Assembly: GCA_963783385.1 (NCBI GenBank)
Contig: CAWANJ010000006.1
Location: 384,001-448,000, forward strand
Source of the DNA: an uncultured Gemmatimonadales bacterium
GTDB lineage: Bacteria > Gemmatimonadota > Gemmatimonadetes > Palauibacterales > Palauibacteraceae
DNA: 64,000 nt
Direction of reading: 5' to 3'
Below, piece after piece: positions 28,284 through 37,248 of the stretch (its first letter is position 1; the number at the start of each line of letters is the position of its first letter). A model generated the notes under the pieces. The model was not told where the DNA came from, did not search any database, and saw only the letters and a list, made by a program, of their open reading frames with translations. The position numbers and the translations under genes were made by a program.

Positions 28284-29221
28284 GCGCTCCGCCCCGGGGA
28301 GTAGCGCCCGAGCGCCTCGGGCATGGGGGTGAGGGGCAGGTCGGGCAGCACCCGGCGCAGCGAGGCGAGCTCGGCGACCGCTCCCCCGGTGGCGAACTCG
28401 AGCGCGTCGCGGGAGAACAGCTGGCCCGGGAGGAGCTCGGCGACCGCGGCGCCCACCCGGAGAAGCCCCATGGGTACATGCACGATCGGCTTGCGCCGCC
28501 CCATGGCGTCCATGAGCGTCTGGATGATCGCGTCCATGGTGTAGGTGATGGGACCGCCGAGCTCGAAGCGGGCGCCGATCGCGGCCGGGGTCTCGAGGGT
28601 CCGGGCCACGGCCGCCGCGAGATCCCCGATCCACACGGGGTTGATCCGCTGGTCGCCCGGACCGAGCTGCGGGAACACCCCGGGCAGGAGGCGGAGGATG
28701 CGGGCGAACACGTTGAGGCTCTGGTCCCCGGGCCCGTACACCCAGGAGGGGCGCACGATCGTGAAGGCGGGCTCGCCGCCGCTCACCGCCGCCTCGGCCA
28801 TGCCCTTGGCCCGGAACCAGGGCCGGTCGGACTCCGGGTCGGCGCCCACGCCGGACAGGTACACGATCCTCCGCACCCCGGCCTCGCCGCCGGCCGCCAC
28901 GACGTTGGCCGTCCCCCGGGCGTCGACGTCGAGGAAGCTCCGGCCCCGCGAGGGGTCCTCCACGGGGAAGCCCGAAAACTGGACGGTCTGGACCACCACG
29001 TCGACGTCCTGGAGGGCGGCCGGGAGCGTGGAAGGATCCGTCACGTCGCCTCCCCGCGCATCCACCTCGATCCCCCCGAAGCGGGCGGCGACGCCCCGGG
29101 GCCGTCGCGACAGCACGATCACCCGGTAGCCGCACCCGGCCAGCTCGCGCACGATGGCGGCCCCGAGGAAGCCGGTGCCGCCGGCCACGAGGACTGTCTG
29201 TGGAGAGGACGCCGGGTTCAT
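28280..29221 (-). CDS. NDUFA9-like NAD(P)-binding oxidoreductase (atypical SDR)
   Basis: AGGTGFLG, RPSWVYGPGD, FELGGP; start ATG 29221. Confidence 0.88.
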   Translation of the reverse strand: MNPASSPQTVLVAGGTGFLGAAIVRELAGCGYRVIVLSRRPRGVAARFGGIEVDARGGDVTDPSTLPAALQDVDVVVQTVQFSGFPVEDPSRGRSFLDVDARGTANVVAAGGEAGVRRIVYLSGVGADPESDRPWFRAKGMAEAAVSGGEPAFTIVRPSWVYGPGDQSLNVFARILRLLPGVFPQLGPGDQRINPVWIGDLAAAVARTLETPAAIGARFELGGPITYTMDAIIQTLMDAMGRRKPIVHVPMGLLRVGAAVAELLPGQLFSRDALEFATGGAVAELASLRRVLPDLPLTPMPEALGRYSPGRSA

Positions 29222-29363
29222 GTCGTCTGCACCGTGTCTCGGGGCCGGCACGTCGAGTGCGAAGGGCGTAACTTCTCAATGGGGTCCGAACAGGGTACGG
29301 CGCAAGGGTCGGACCAATCACGAACGACTCCGCGGTCCCGCAGCAAGGGAGAGAACGCAGGGC

Positions 29364-31328
29364 ATGCGCGACTTTCTGAAGGCTCTCGAGGAACGCCACA
29401 TCTTGCTGTTCGATGGGGCCATGGGAACGGAAATCTACCGGCGCGGCGTGTTCATCAACCGCTCCTACGACGACCTGTGCCGCACGGACCCGGGCATGAT
29501 CCGGGAGATCCACCGGGCCTACCGCGAGGCCGGAGCGGACGTCCTGGAGACGAACAGCTTCGGAGCCAACCGGTTCCAGCTCCAGAGCTACGGCCTGGAG
29601 GAGCAGGTCCCGGAGATCAACGAGGCGGCGGCGGCGCTGGCCCGGGCCGTGGCGGGCTCGGAGCTGCTGGTGGCCGGGAGCATGGGCCCGCTCGGAGTCC
29701 GGCTGGAGCCGTTCGGGCCCACCTCCCGAATGGAGACCCGGGCAGTCTTCCGCGAACAGGCGGCCGCGCTGGCCCGCGGCGGGGTCGACCTGTTCATATG
29801 CGAGACGTTCAGCGACCTCAACGAGGTCGAGGAAGCCGTGCGGGGCTGCCGGGACGCCTCCGACCTCCCGGTGCTGGCCGAGATGACGATCCAGCCCGAC
29901 GGCCAGACGACCTACGGAGCCTCGGCGGTGCAGATCGCCCGCGAGCTCGACGCGATGGGCGTCGACGCGATGGGCCTGAACTGCAGCGTGGGGCCCGCCC
30001 TCATGCTGGAGGCGGTGCGCGACATGGCGGCGATCACCGGCCGCCCGATCGCCGCCATCCCCAACGCCGGCCTCCCGCGGGAGGTACAGGGACGGAAGAT
30101 GTACCTGGCGAGCCCGGAGTACATGGCCAGCTACGCGCGTCGGCTCGTGGAGGCGGGAGCCCGCATCATCGGCGGATGTTGCGGGACGCGTCCGGAGCAC
30201 ATTCGCGAGATGGCCGCGCAGGTGGAGGCCTTGAGGGCGCGGTCCGGGGATGGAGCGGGCTCTGCCGGGGGGGCCGGGGCGGACGGGCGCGAGGGGGCCG
30301 GGGCCTCCCCGGCGGAGGTCCGGGAGGGGGAGGATGGGGTCGTCCGCGTTCGATCCGGCGCGAAGGAGGGGGAACCGTCGACCGCCGGTGGCGCGACCCC
30401 GATGCCGCTCGCCGAGCGCTCCGCGTGGGGCGCGAAGCTGGCGCGCGGGGAGCGTGTGGTGAGCGTCGAGGTCCCGTCGCCGCGCAGCGCCGACCCCTCG
30501 GTGCTCCTGGACGCCTGCCGGGCCCTGCGGGCGGCGGGCGTCGACGCGGTGGCCATCCCCGACGGAGCTCGGGCCCGCATGCGCATGGGCGTGGTGGCGG
30601 CGGCCGCGCTGGCCCAGCGCGAGACGGGGATCGAGGCGCTGGCGCACTACACCTGCCGTGACCGCAACCTGCTCGGGATGGCTACGGACCTCCTGGGCGC
30701 GCAGGCGCTCGGGATCCGCAACCTCCTGCTGGTCACGGGGGACCCGCCCAAGATGGGGCCGTATCCCGAGGCCAGCGCCGTGTTCGACGTCGACTCCATC
30801 GGGCTCGTGAACCTGGTGACGCACCTCAACCGCGGTGAAGACCTGGGCGGTCACCCGATCGGCGGCACGACCAGCTTCGTGATCGGGGTGGCGGCCAACC
30901 CCGGCGCCATGGACCTGGGGCGCGAGATCGAGCGCTGGTACTGGAAGGTGGATGCCGGGGCCGACTTCGGCGTGACCCAGCCGATCTTCGACCGGGCCGT
31001 GCTCGAGACCTTCCTGGAGCGGGTCGAGCGGGCGGGCACCCGGCTCCCGATCGTGGCGGGCGTGTGGCCGCTGACGAGCGGGCGTGACGCGGAGTTCCTG
31101 AACAACGAGGTCCCCGGCATCGAGGTACCCGCCGCGGTGATCGAGCGCATGCGGCGCGCCGAGGCCTCCGGGGCCGAGGCGGCGCGGGCCGAAGGCCTGG
31201 CCATCGCCCGCGAGCTGGCGTCCGGGCTGGACGAGCTGGTGCAGGGATTCCAGCTCACGGCCCCGGCGGGCGACGTCGAGCGGGCCCTGTCCGTTCTCGA
31301 GGCGCTGGAGGGGCGCCCGGCGGGCTGA
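29364..31328 (+). CDS. Bifunctional homocysteine S-methyltransferase / methylenetetrahydrofolate reductase (YitJ-like)
   Basis: DGAMGT, GLNCSVGP, GGCCGT, then MTHFR domain HYTCRDRN, TGDPP, TQPIFD; start ATG 29364. Confidence 0.94.
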   Translation: MRDFLKALEERHILLFDGAMGTEIYRRGVFINRSYDDLCRTDPGMIREIHRAYREAGADVLETNSFGANRFQLQSYGLEEQVPEINEAAAALARAVAGSELLVAGSMGPLGVRLEPFGPTSRMETRAVFREQAAALARGGVDLFICETFSDLNEVEEAVRGCRDASDLPVLAEMTIQPDGQTTYGASAVQIARELDAMGVDAMGLNCSVGPALMLEAVRDMAAITGRPIAAIPNAGLPREVQGRKMYLASPEYMASYARRLVEAGARIIGGCCGTRPEHIREMAAQVEALRARSGDGAGSAGGAGADGREGAGASPAEVREGEDGVVRVRSGAKEGEPSTAGGATPMPLAERSAWGAKLARGERVVSVEVPSPRSADPSVLLDACRALRAAGVDAVAIPDGARARMRMGVVAAAALAQRETGIEALAHYTCRDRNLLGMATDLLGAQALGIRNLLLVTGDPPKMGPYPEASAVFDVDSIGLVNLVTHLNRGEDLGGHPIGGTTSFVIGVAANPGAMDLGREIERWYWKVDAGADFGVTQPIFDRAVLETFLERVERAGTRLPIVAGVWPLTSGRDAEFLNNEVPGIEVPAAVIERMRRAEASGAEAARAEGLAIARELASGLDELVQGFQLTAPAGDVERALSVLEALEGRPAG

Positions 31329-31446
31329 GGCCGACGCGCCATGCTCGCCCCTCCCGTGCGGGGCGGCTACATTGGCGGCGGAGCGACCCGGCCGCGGCCC
31401 GGCCGCCCCCCCCGGACGACAACCGTACCTCCTTCACGCGCGGACC

Positions 31447-33468
31447 ATGCTCGAACAGCTCTACAAGAGGGACGTCCACAAGCGACCCACCACCGTGCGC
31501 TTCCAGGGGCGCATCCTGTTCTTGACCGAGGATCCCGAGCTCATCCGACGGCAGCTCGAGGGCGAGGACCTGGACTGGGATCCGTCGATCCCCCTCCGGG
31601 ACGACATCTCGACCGACGAGATCACCCCCGGCTGGGTGTGCTACTACTACGATGAGAAGCTCGGCGAGTACCCCTACGTGGGGCTCGAGACGGGCGGCCA
31701 GCGGCCCATCGGCCACAAGGACATCATCGGCAAGGGCTTCGTGGCGGCGGTCTCGGGCAAGCGCCGCGGCAAGGGCTCGAGCCGCGAGGCGGCGCCCTAC
31801 GCGGAGCGGGCCGCCGGGATCCGGGTGGTGATCGCCGAGAACATCGAGCGCATCTACCGGGAGAACTGCGAGAACCTCGGCATGCTCGCCTCGACCGACT
31901 TCTCCCTCATCGACCGCATCCGTCGCGGCGAGGAGATCCCGCTCGAGGCGTTCATCGATCCCGAGGCCGGGCGGATCGAGCGCGACGTGATCGAGTACGG
32001 CGGCCTCCTCGACTACGCTGTGGCCCGCCTCAAGGGGCTGGTCCAGGTGCCGGCGATCGACACGAAGCCGGGCCGGCCGATGACGGTGGCCGAGAAGATC
32101 CTGGCGCGGCACTGGGTCGTGGATCTCAAGGAGGACGACATCGGGGTGCCGGCCGTGAAGGCGGGGGACACCGGCTTCGTCCGCACGGACCTGCGGTTCA
32201 GCCACGAGTACGTGACGCCGATGGCGTCGAGCTTCTGGGACGACTTCGTGGGACCGGACGCCGGCCTCAACGACCCGGACAGCATCAAGTTCTTCCGGGA
32301 CCACCTCGCCTTCCTGGACCAGGTGATCACCGAGGAGCGCAAGAAGGCGGGCCTCCTGGACGCGGCGCACGCCCTCCACGATCGGCAGCGCGAGTTCGCG
32401 AAGCGGAAGGGCGTACGTCTGCACGGAGAGCTGACGGACCGCACCGGGAGCGAGGCGATCTGCCACATCATGGTCCAGGACCGTTACGCCCTGCCGGGCC
32501 AGGTCGTGGTGGGGAGCGACTCGCACACGCCCCACTCCGGTTGTCTGGGCTGCGTGGCCTTCGGCGTGGGCACGACCGCCATCGTGAACTCGTGGGCCAC
32601 GAAGGACGTCCGGCTCGAGGTCCCGCCCTCCGTGCGCGTTCGGATCACCGGGGAGAAGCCCGAGAACGTCACCGCCAAGGACATGATCCTGGAGGTGCTC
32701 CGCCACCCCTACGTGCGGGACGGCAAGGCGATCGGAAAGATCATCGAGTACACGGGGGAGGCGATCGAGGCGCTGGGCATCGACGAACGCGCCACCCTCA
32801 CCAACATGGCGGCCGAGGTGGGCGGCTTCACCGGGATCGTCGGCCCCGATGAGACGACGGTGGCGTGGCTGGCCGAGCGCCGCGGGCTCGACCCCGACGA
32901 GGTGCGGGCCATGATCGGTGGCCTCCAGTCGGACGAGGATGCCGAGTACGAGTGGACGATGGAGATCGACGCCTCCGCGCTCAGGCCCATGGTGGCCACG
33001 CCGGGAGACCCGGGGAACGGCATTCCGATCGACGAGCTGGAGGGCCCGGTGGCGCTCGACATCGCATTCGCCGGCGCGTGCACGGCGGCCAAGCGCGAGG
33101 ACATGACCATGTACGCTCGCGTCCTCCGGGAGGCCCTGGACGAGGGCCGAGGCGTCTCCCCCGACCTGCGCTGCTACCTGCACTACGGGTCGGTGGACGT
33201 GGAGGCCTGGGCCCGCGAGCGGGGTTACGACGAGCTCTTCCGCGAGGCCGGCATCCAGGTCATGCCGCCGGGCTGCGGGGCGTGCATCAACGCCGGTCCC
33301 GGGGTGAGCACCTCGCCGGACCAGGTCTCGATCAGCTCGATCAACCGCAACTTCCCGGGCCGCAGCGGTCCGGGGAAGGTCTATCTGGCCAGTCCGTACA
33401 CGGTCATGGCGTCGGCCGTAGCCGGCCGCATCACCGCCTGGCAGCCACGGGCCGCGGTCCCGGCGTAG
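31447..33468 (+). CDS. Aconitase-family dehydratase, swivel domain fused N-terminal to a LeuC-like domain
   Basis: DDISTDEITP and GKGSSRE (swivel), then MTVAEKI, DSHT, GACT, CGACIN, NRNFPGR; start ATG 31447. Confidence 0.9.
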   Translation: MLEQLYKRDVHKRPTTVRFQGRILFLTEDPELIRRQLEGEDLDWDPSIPLRDDISTDEITPGWVCYYYDEKLGEYPYVGLETGGQRPIGHKDIIGKGFVAAVSGKRRGKGSSREAAPYAERAAGIRVVIAENIERIYRENCENLGMLASTDFSLIDRIRRGEEIPLEAFIDPEAGRIERDVIEYGGLLDYAVARLKGLVQVPAIDTKPGRPMTVAEKILARHWVVDLKEDDIGVPAVKAGDTGFVRTDLRFSHEYVTPMASSFWDDFVGPDAGLNDPDSIKFFRDHLAFLDQVITEERKKAGLLDAAHALHDRQREFAKRKGVRLHGELTDRTGSEAICHIMVQDRYALPGQVVVGSDSHTPHSGCLGCVAFGVGTTAIVNSWATKDVRLEVPPSVRVRITGEKPENVTAKDMILEVLRHPYVRDGKAIGKIIEYTGEAIEALGIDERATLTNMAAEVGGFTGIVGPDETTVAWLAERRGLDPDEVRAMIGGLQSDEDAEYEWTMEIDASALRPMVATPGDPGNGIPIDELEGPVALDIAFAGACTAAKREDMTMYARVLREALDEGRGVSPDLRCYLHYGSVDVEAWARERGYDELFREAGIQVMPPGCGACINAGPGVSTSPDQVSISSINRNFPGRSGPGKVYLASPYTVMASAVAGRITAWQPRAAVPA

Positions 33469-33484
33469 AGCAGGCCTGCACGCT

Positions 33485-36379
33485 TTGACCCCCCCGGGGC
33501 CCGCGGACGGGCCAGGCTCGCTGTTCGACGAGCTGCGGCGGGGGTTGGAGCACCGGGCTGACCGGACCCGGGAACGGGTGGACGAGCGCATCTGGGGACC
33601 GCTGCGGGAGCTGGCGGCGCGGCTGGGCGGGCGCGCCGGCGAGGCCCGCCACTGCGATGATCCGCTGCGCGACGCGGGCCGGGCCCTCCGCATGGCCTGC
33701 GACGAGATCGAGACGCTCTCCCTGGCCGCCGTCCTCGAAGAAGAGCTCCGCGCGCACCTCGAGGACGTCCTCCCCCTCGCCCACGCGCTGCCCCGCACCA
33801 TGGAGCTCCCGGGCGAGGGTGGCGGCCGCCGTGTCCCGGCCCGGGCGGCCGCGACCGCGGTCCTCAGGGGCGACTACCCGGTGTCTCTGGTGAAGCGGCT
33901 GCGCCCCGAGGCGCTGGTGGTCGCGCCGGCGTCCTCGCTTCCCCCGGCCCCCGCCGACCTGCTCGGCGAGGAGGACTGGCAGGCGCGACTCGCCGGCGCG
34001 GTGGAGGGAGCTTCCGAGCACCTGAGTCGCCTGCTGGACGACCTGGCGGCCGAGGCCACCGAGCAGCTCCGCCGACGCCTCCTCTCCGCGGGGCCGTTCA
34101 CGCACGTGCGGGCCAGGTGGAGGGACCGCCGGGCGAAGCGCGAGCGCGACGAGGCGCTGACCGCCCTGCGGCGGTCGCTGGCGGAGGCGGACGCCGAGGC
34201 CGAGGCCGAGCTCCGGCGCCGACGGCTGGCAGCCGACCTGGCGCGCCGCGAGCGGGCCCTGCGGGACATGGCATCCACCTCGGCGGAGCTGACCCGCGCC
34301 CTGGCGAGCGAGGGCGCGCGGATCCGCCGGATCGCCGAGGGACTGGAAGCCCTGGCCTCCGGCGAGCGTCCCATTCTTATCGATGGAGCCGCGGGCGAGG
34401 GTGAGTCGGCGCTCGGCCAACTGGTCGAGCGAATCCAGGCGGCCCTGGAGGAACGCCGGCAAGCGCTGGGCCCCGCGTCTCCGGACGGCGAGCGGCTCGA
34501 CGCGGCCGTGACCCGCCTCGCACAACGCGCCGCCGCGCTGGGTGGGGTGGCCGAGGATTTCCTGGCCCGTGACGGGGGCGTCGCCGACACGGCGGAGAGG
34601 CCCGCGCCGCAGGAGCCGGGGGGCGAGCTGGCCGAGCTGGCTCGCGGAGCCTGCGAGGAGCTGCACGCCGAGGTGCACGCTCGCATCGCGGAGGCGCGCG
34701 AGGGACTCCAGGAAGCGGGAGAGATCGTGCGTCACGGAGTCGAGGCGGCCCGGGCCACCACCCTGGAGGAAGAGGCCGGGGCCCCGGCGCGTCCGGGGGG
34801 ATGGGATCCCGAGGCCGCCCGAGAAGCCTGCCGGCGGGCCGCCCACCGTCTGCGCGACACCGCGGCGAAGCTGGAGGCGGAGCTCGAGTCGACGGCCGTA
34901 CATCTCGAATCGGTGCCCGACCGGATCCTCGCCGCCCTCCGCGAACGACTGGTCCCCGGGCACGGCGCCAGCCGGCACCCGGCGCCGGGCGCCCTGGGCC
35001 AGGGGGAGTCGCGGCCGTCGTCCCGGGCCGGGCGGCGATTCGTGCGCCGGGCCCGCGCTTACCTGCGGGCGATGTGGCGGGCCGTGGCCCGGGCGTGGCG
35101 GGCCGTGGCCACCTGGGTGCTCCACCTGGTCGCGGTCCCCGCCGCGGCTCCGGAGCGGGAAGGGCAGCAGGTGCGACGGCCCGGCGGGGGGGCGGGCATC
35201 GCGGCGCTCGTGTCCGATTTCGAAGCGGGCTCGGACCTGTCGGGTCTGCCCGCCAATTACCGGTGGCTGTTCCGACCGGAGCCCCTCGACGACCCTCGAC
35301 TCGTGGTGGGGCGGGACGGGGCGCTGGAGCGCCTTCGCGCGGCACGGGCCCGCCTCGCAGAGGGCGACCCGGCCGCGGTGGCCGTGGTGGGAGGACCCGG
35401 AAGCGGCAAGACCACGCTGCTCAACGCCCTCGTCTCCGAGGTGGGTGCGGAGGAGGTGCTGCGGAGCGGCTCCGTCGACCGGCGCCTGGCTACCCGGTCG
35501 GACGTGCTCGCCTGGCTCGGCTCCTTCCTGTTTCCCGGAGAGGGTGGCGGAGGACCGGGCGGGGGCGCCCCGGCCGCCGAGCCTTCCGCCCTGGTTCAGG
35601 CGCTCGAGGGACGCCGCGAGCTCGTGCTCCTCGAGAACGGGGAGCGCCTGTTCCGCCGCCAGGTGGGGGGGTACGGCGCGCTGACGGCGTTCACCGAGTT
35701 CATCGACGCGACGGCCGGACGGCTGGGATGGATCGTGACGTTCGAGACGCTGCCGTGGAAGTTCATCCGCAGCGTGAGCTCCCTGGCGGGCGCGTTCGAC
35801 GAGGTGCTGGAGCTCGGTCCGCTGGACCGGTCGCAGCTCGAGGAGGCGGTAATGGCGCGTCACCGGCTGACGGGCTACGACCTGGAGTTCCGGCCCCCCG
35901 AGGCCGGCCTCTCGGGCGCCCAGGCCGCGCGGCTCCAGGCGATGGGGGAGAAGGCGCGGCAGGCGTGGCTGCGCGACCGTTGCTTCGACCACGTCCACGG
36001 CGACGGCCACCGGGACGTGGGGGAGGCCCTGCTCCTGTGGCGCCGCTGCGTGCGCGCGGACCCGGGCCGACCGGCGACGGTCGCGGCGCGGCCGACGCCG
36101 ATCCCCGATCCTTCCCCGATGGCCGAGCTCGACCGGGCGGTGCTGTTCGTGCTCGCGGCGGTCGCCATCCACGGGGACCTGGACCGGAAGGCGGCCACCG
36201 AGGCGGCGGGCGGGTCGGCGGGGCCGGGGGCGCTGCACCTGCTGGAGACCTCGGGCCTCCTGGAGCCGGTCGGGGGACCGCCCCCGGCGCGGCTGCGCAT
36301 CCGCCCGTTCCTGCACCGGATCGTGGCGAACCGGCTGAGGGATGCCAACGTGCTGCCGCTGGCGGGAGGTGAGGGTTGA
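33485..36379 (+). CDS. Large helical protein with a C-terminal P-loop (AAA-like) ATPase
   Basis: GGPGSGKTT Walker A after about 600 aa of Ala/Arg/Glu-rich helical sequence; stop overlaps the MscS start. Confidence 0.78.
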   Translation: MTPPGPADGPGSLFDELRRGLEHRADRTRERVDERIWGPLRELAARLGGRAGEARHCDDPLRDAGRALRMACDEIETLSLAAVLEEELRAHLEDVLPLAHALPRTMELPGEGGGRRVPARAAATAVLRGDYPVSLVKRLRPEALVVAPASSLPPAPADLLGEEDWQARLAGAVEGASEHLSRLLDDLAAEATEQLRRRLLSAGPFTHVRARWRDRRAKRERDEALTALRRSLAEADAEAEAELRRRRLAADLARRERALRDMASTSAELTRALASEGARIRRIAEGLEALASGERPILIDGAAGEGESALGQLVERIQAALEERRQALGPASPDGERLDAAVTRLAQRAAALGGVAEDFLARDGGVADTAERPAPQEPGGELAELARGACEELHAEVHARIAEAREGLQEAGEIVRHGVEAARATTLEEEAGAPARPGGWDPEAAREACRRAAHRLRDTAAKLEAELESTAVHLESVPDRILAALRERLVPGHGASRHPAPGALGQGESRPSSRAGRRFVRRARAYLRAMWRAVARAWRAVATWVLHLVAVPAAAPEREGQQVRRPGGGAGIAALVSDFEAGSDLSGLPANYRWLFRPEPLDDPRLVVGRDGALERLRAARARLAEGDPAAVAVVGGPGSGKTTLLNALVSEVGAEEVLRSGSVDRRLATRSDVLAWLGSFLFPGEGGGGPGGGAPAAEPSALVQALEGRRELVLLENGERLFRRQVGGYGALTAFTEFIDATAGRLGWIVTFETLPWKFIRSVSSLAGAFDEVLELGPLDRSQLEEAVMARHRLTGYDLEFRPPEAGLSGAQAARLQAMGEKARQAWLRDRCFDHVHGDGHRDVGEALLLWRRCVRADPGRPATVAARPTPIPDPSPMAELDRAVLFVLAAVAIHGDLDRKAATEAAGGSAGPGALHLLETSGLLEPVGGPPPARLRIRPFLHRIVANRLRDANVLPLAGGEG

Positions 36380-37200
36380 ACCAGGTCGCGAACCCGTCCC
36401 AGGCCCTGGAGCGCGCCCTGGACGCCCTGACCCTGGGGCGCGTGGTGGCCGTGCTGCTCATCCTCGCCGGAGCGTGGGCGCTGAGCTGGGCGGTCAGCCG
36501 ACTCCTCGACCGGATCGCCGAGCGCTATCCCAGGACGCGGATGCGGCTCAAGCAGGTCGCTCCGCTGCTCCGGGTGTTCCTGTGGCTGGGTGCGCTGTAC
36601 GTGATCGTGTTCGGCGTGTTCAGGCCCGAGGAGGCGAGCACGCTGGCGGGGGTGGTGGCCGGGGCCGCGATCGGCATCGGACTGGCGGCCCAGGATCTCC
36701 TTCGAGACCTCATCGGCGGCTTCACCCTCATCCTCGACCGCCCGTTCGGCATCGGCGACCGGGTCCGGATCGGGGAGCATTACGGGGAGATCATCTCCAT
36801 GGGCCTGTGCTCCGTACGGCTGCGGACCCCCGAGGACACGCAGGTCGCGGTGCCGAACGCGTTGGTGGTGCGGACCGCGGTCTCGAACGCGAGCAGCGGG
36901 AACGTGGGCTGCCAGGTGGTGAGCGAGATCTGGCTGCCGGCCGACGCGCCGGTGGCCGAGGTGCGCAGGCTGGCGTTCGAGGCCGCCGCCTCCTCGCGGT
37001 TCGCGGACCTGTCGCGTCCCGTCGAGGTCGCCGCCGAGACGGCCTTCCGGCACACCTTCCTGGTCCTCCTGCGCGTGAAGGCCTACGTGCTGGACCACCG
37101 CGACGAAGTGCGCTTCCGGACCGACGTCGTGCAGCGGGTGCAGGAGGAGCTAGTGCGGCGCGGGATCATCGACCGCGCCATGGTCCTTCCGCGCGACTGA
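36376..37200 (+). CDS. Small-conductance mechanosensitive channel (MscS family)
   Basis: Three TM segments, IGLAAQDLL, RPFGIGDRV, VPNA. Confidence 0.92.
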   Translation: MNQVANPSQALERALDALTLGRVVAVLLILAGAWALSWAVSRLLDRIAERYPRTRMRLKQVAPLLRVFLWLGALYVIVFGVFRPEEASTLAGVVAGAAIGIGLAAQDLLRDLIGGFTLILDRPFGIGDRVRIGEHYGEIISMGLCSVRLRTPEDTQVAVPNALVVRTAVSNASSGNVGCQVVSEIWLPADAPVAEVRRLAFEAAASSRFADLSRPVEVAAETAFRHTFLVLLRVKAYVLDHRDEVRFRTDVVQRVQEELVRRGIIDRAMVLPRD

Positions 37201-37248
37201 GGGCCGCGAGGGTCGGGCGCCCGTTCGGCGCCGTCTCGCGCCCGACCT

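Noticed and set aside
28280-29221. NDUFA9-like protein as the ceramide reductase
   Set aside because: Caulobacter CerR is NDUFA9-like, so this is not excluded, but the gene is 11 kb from spt and an SDR already sits in the operon. Not assigned.
29222-29363. Possible SAM or SAH riboswitch upstream of the YitJ-like gene (GGTCCGA/TCGGACC stem)
   Set aside because: I could not match the conserved SAM-I, SAM-IV or SAH core sequences; an Infernal scan would be needed.
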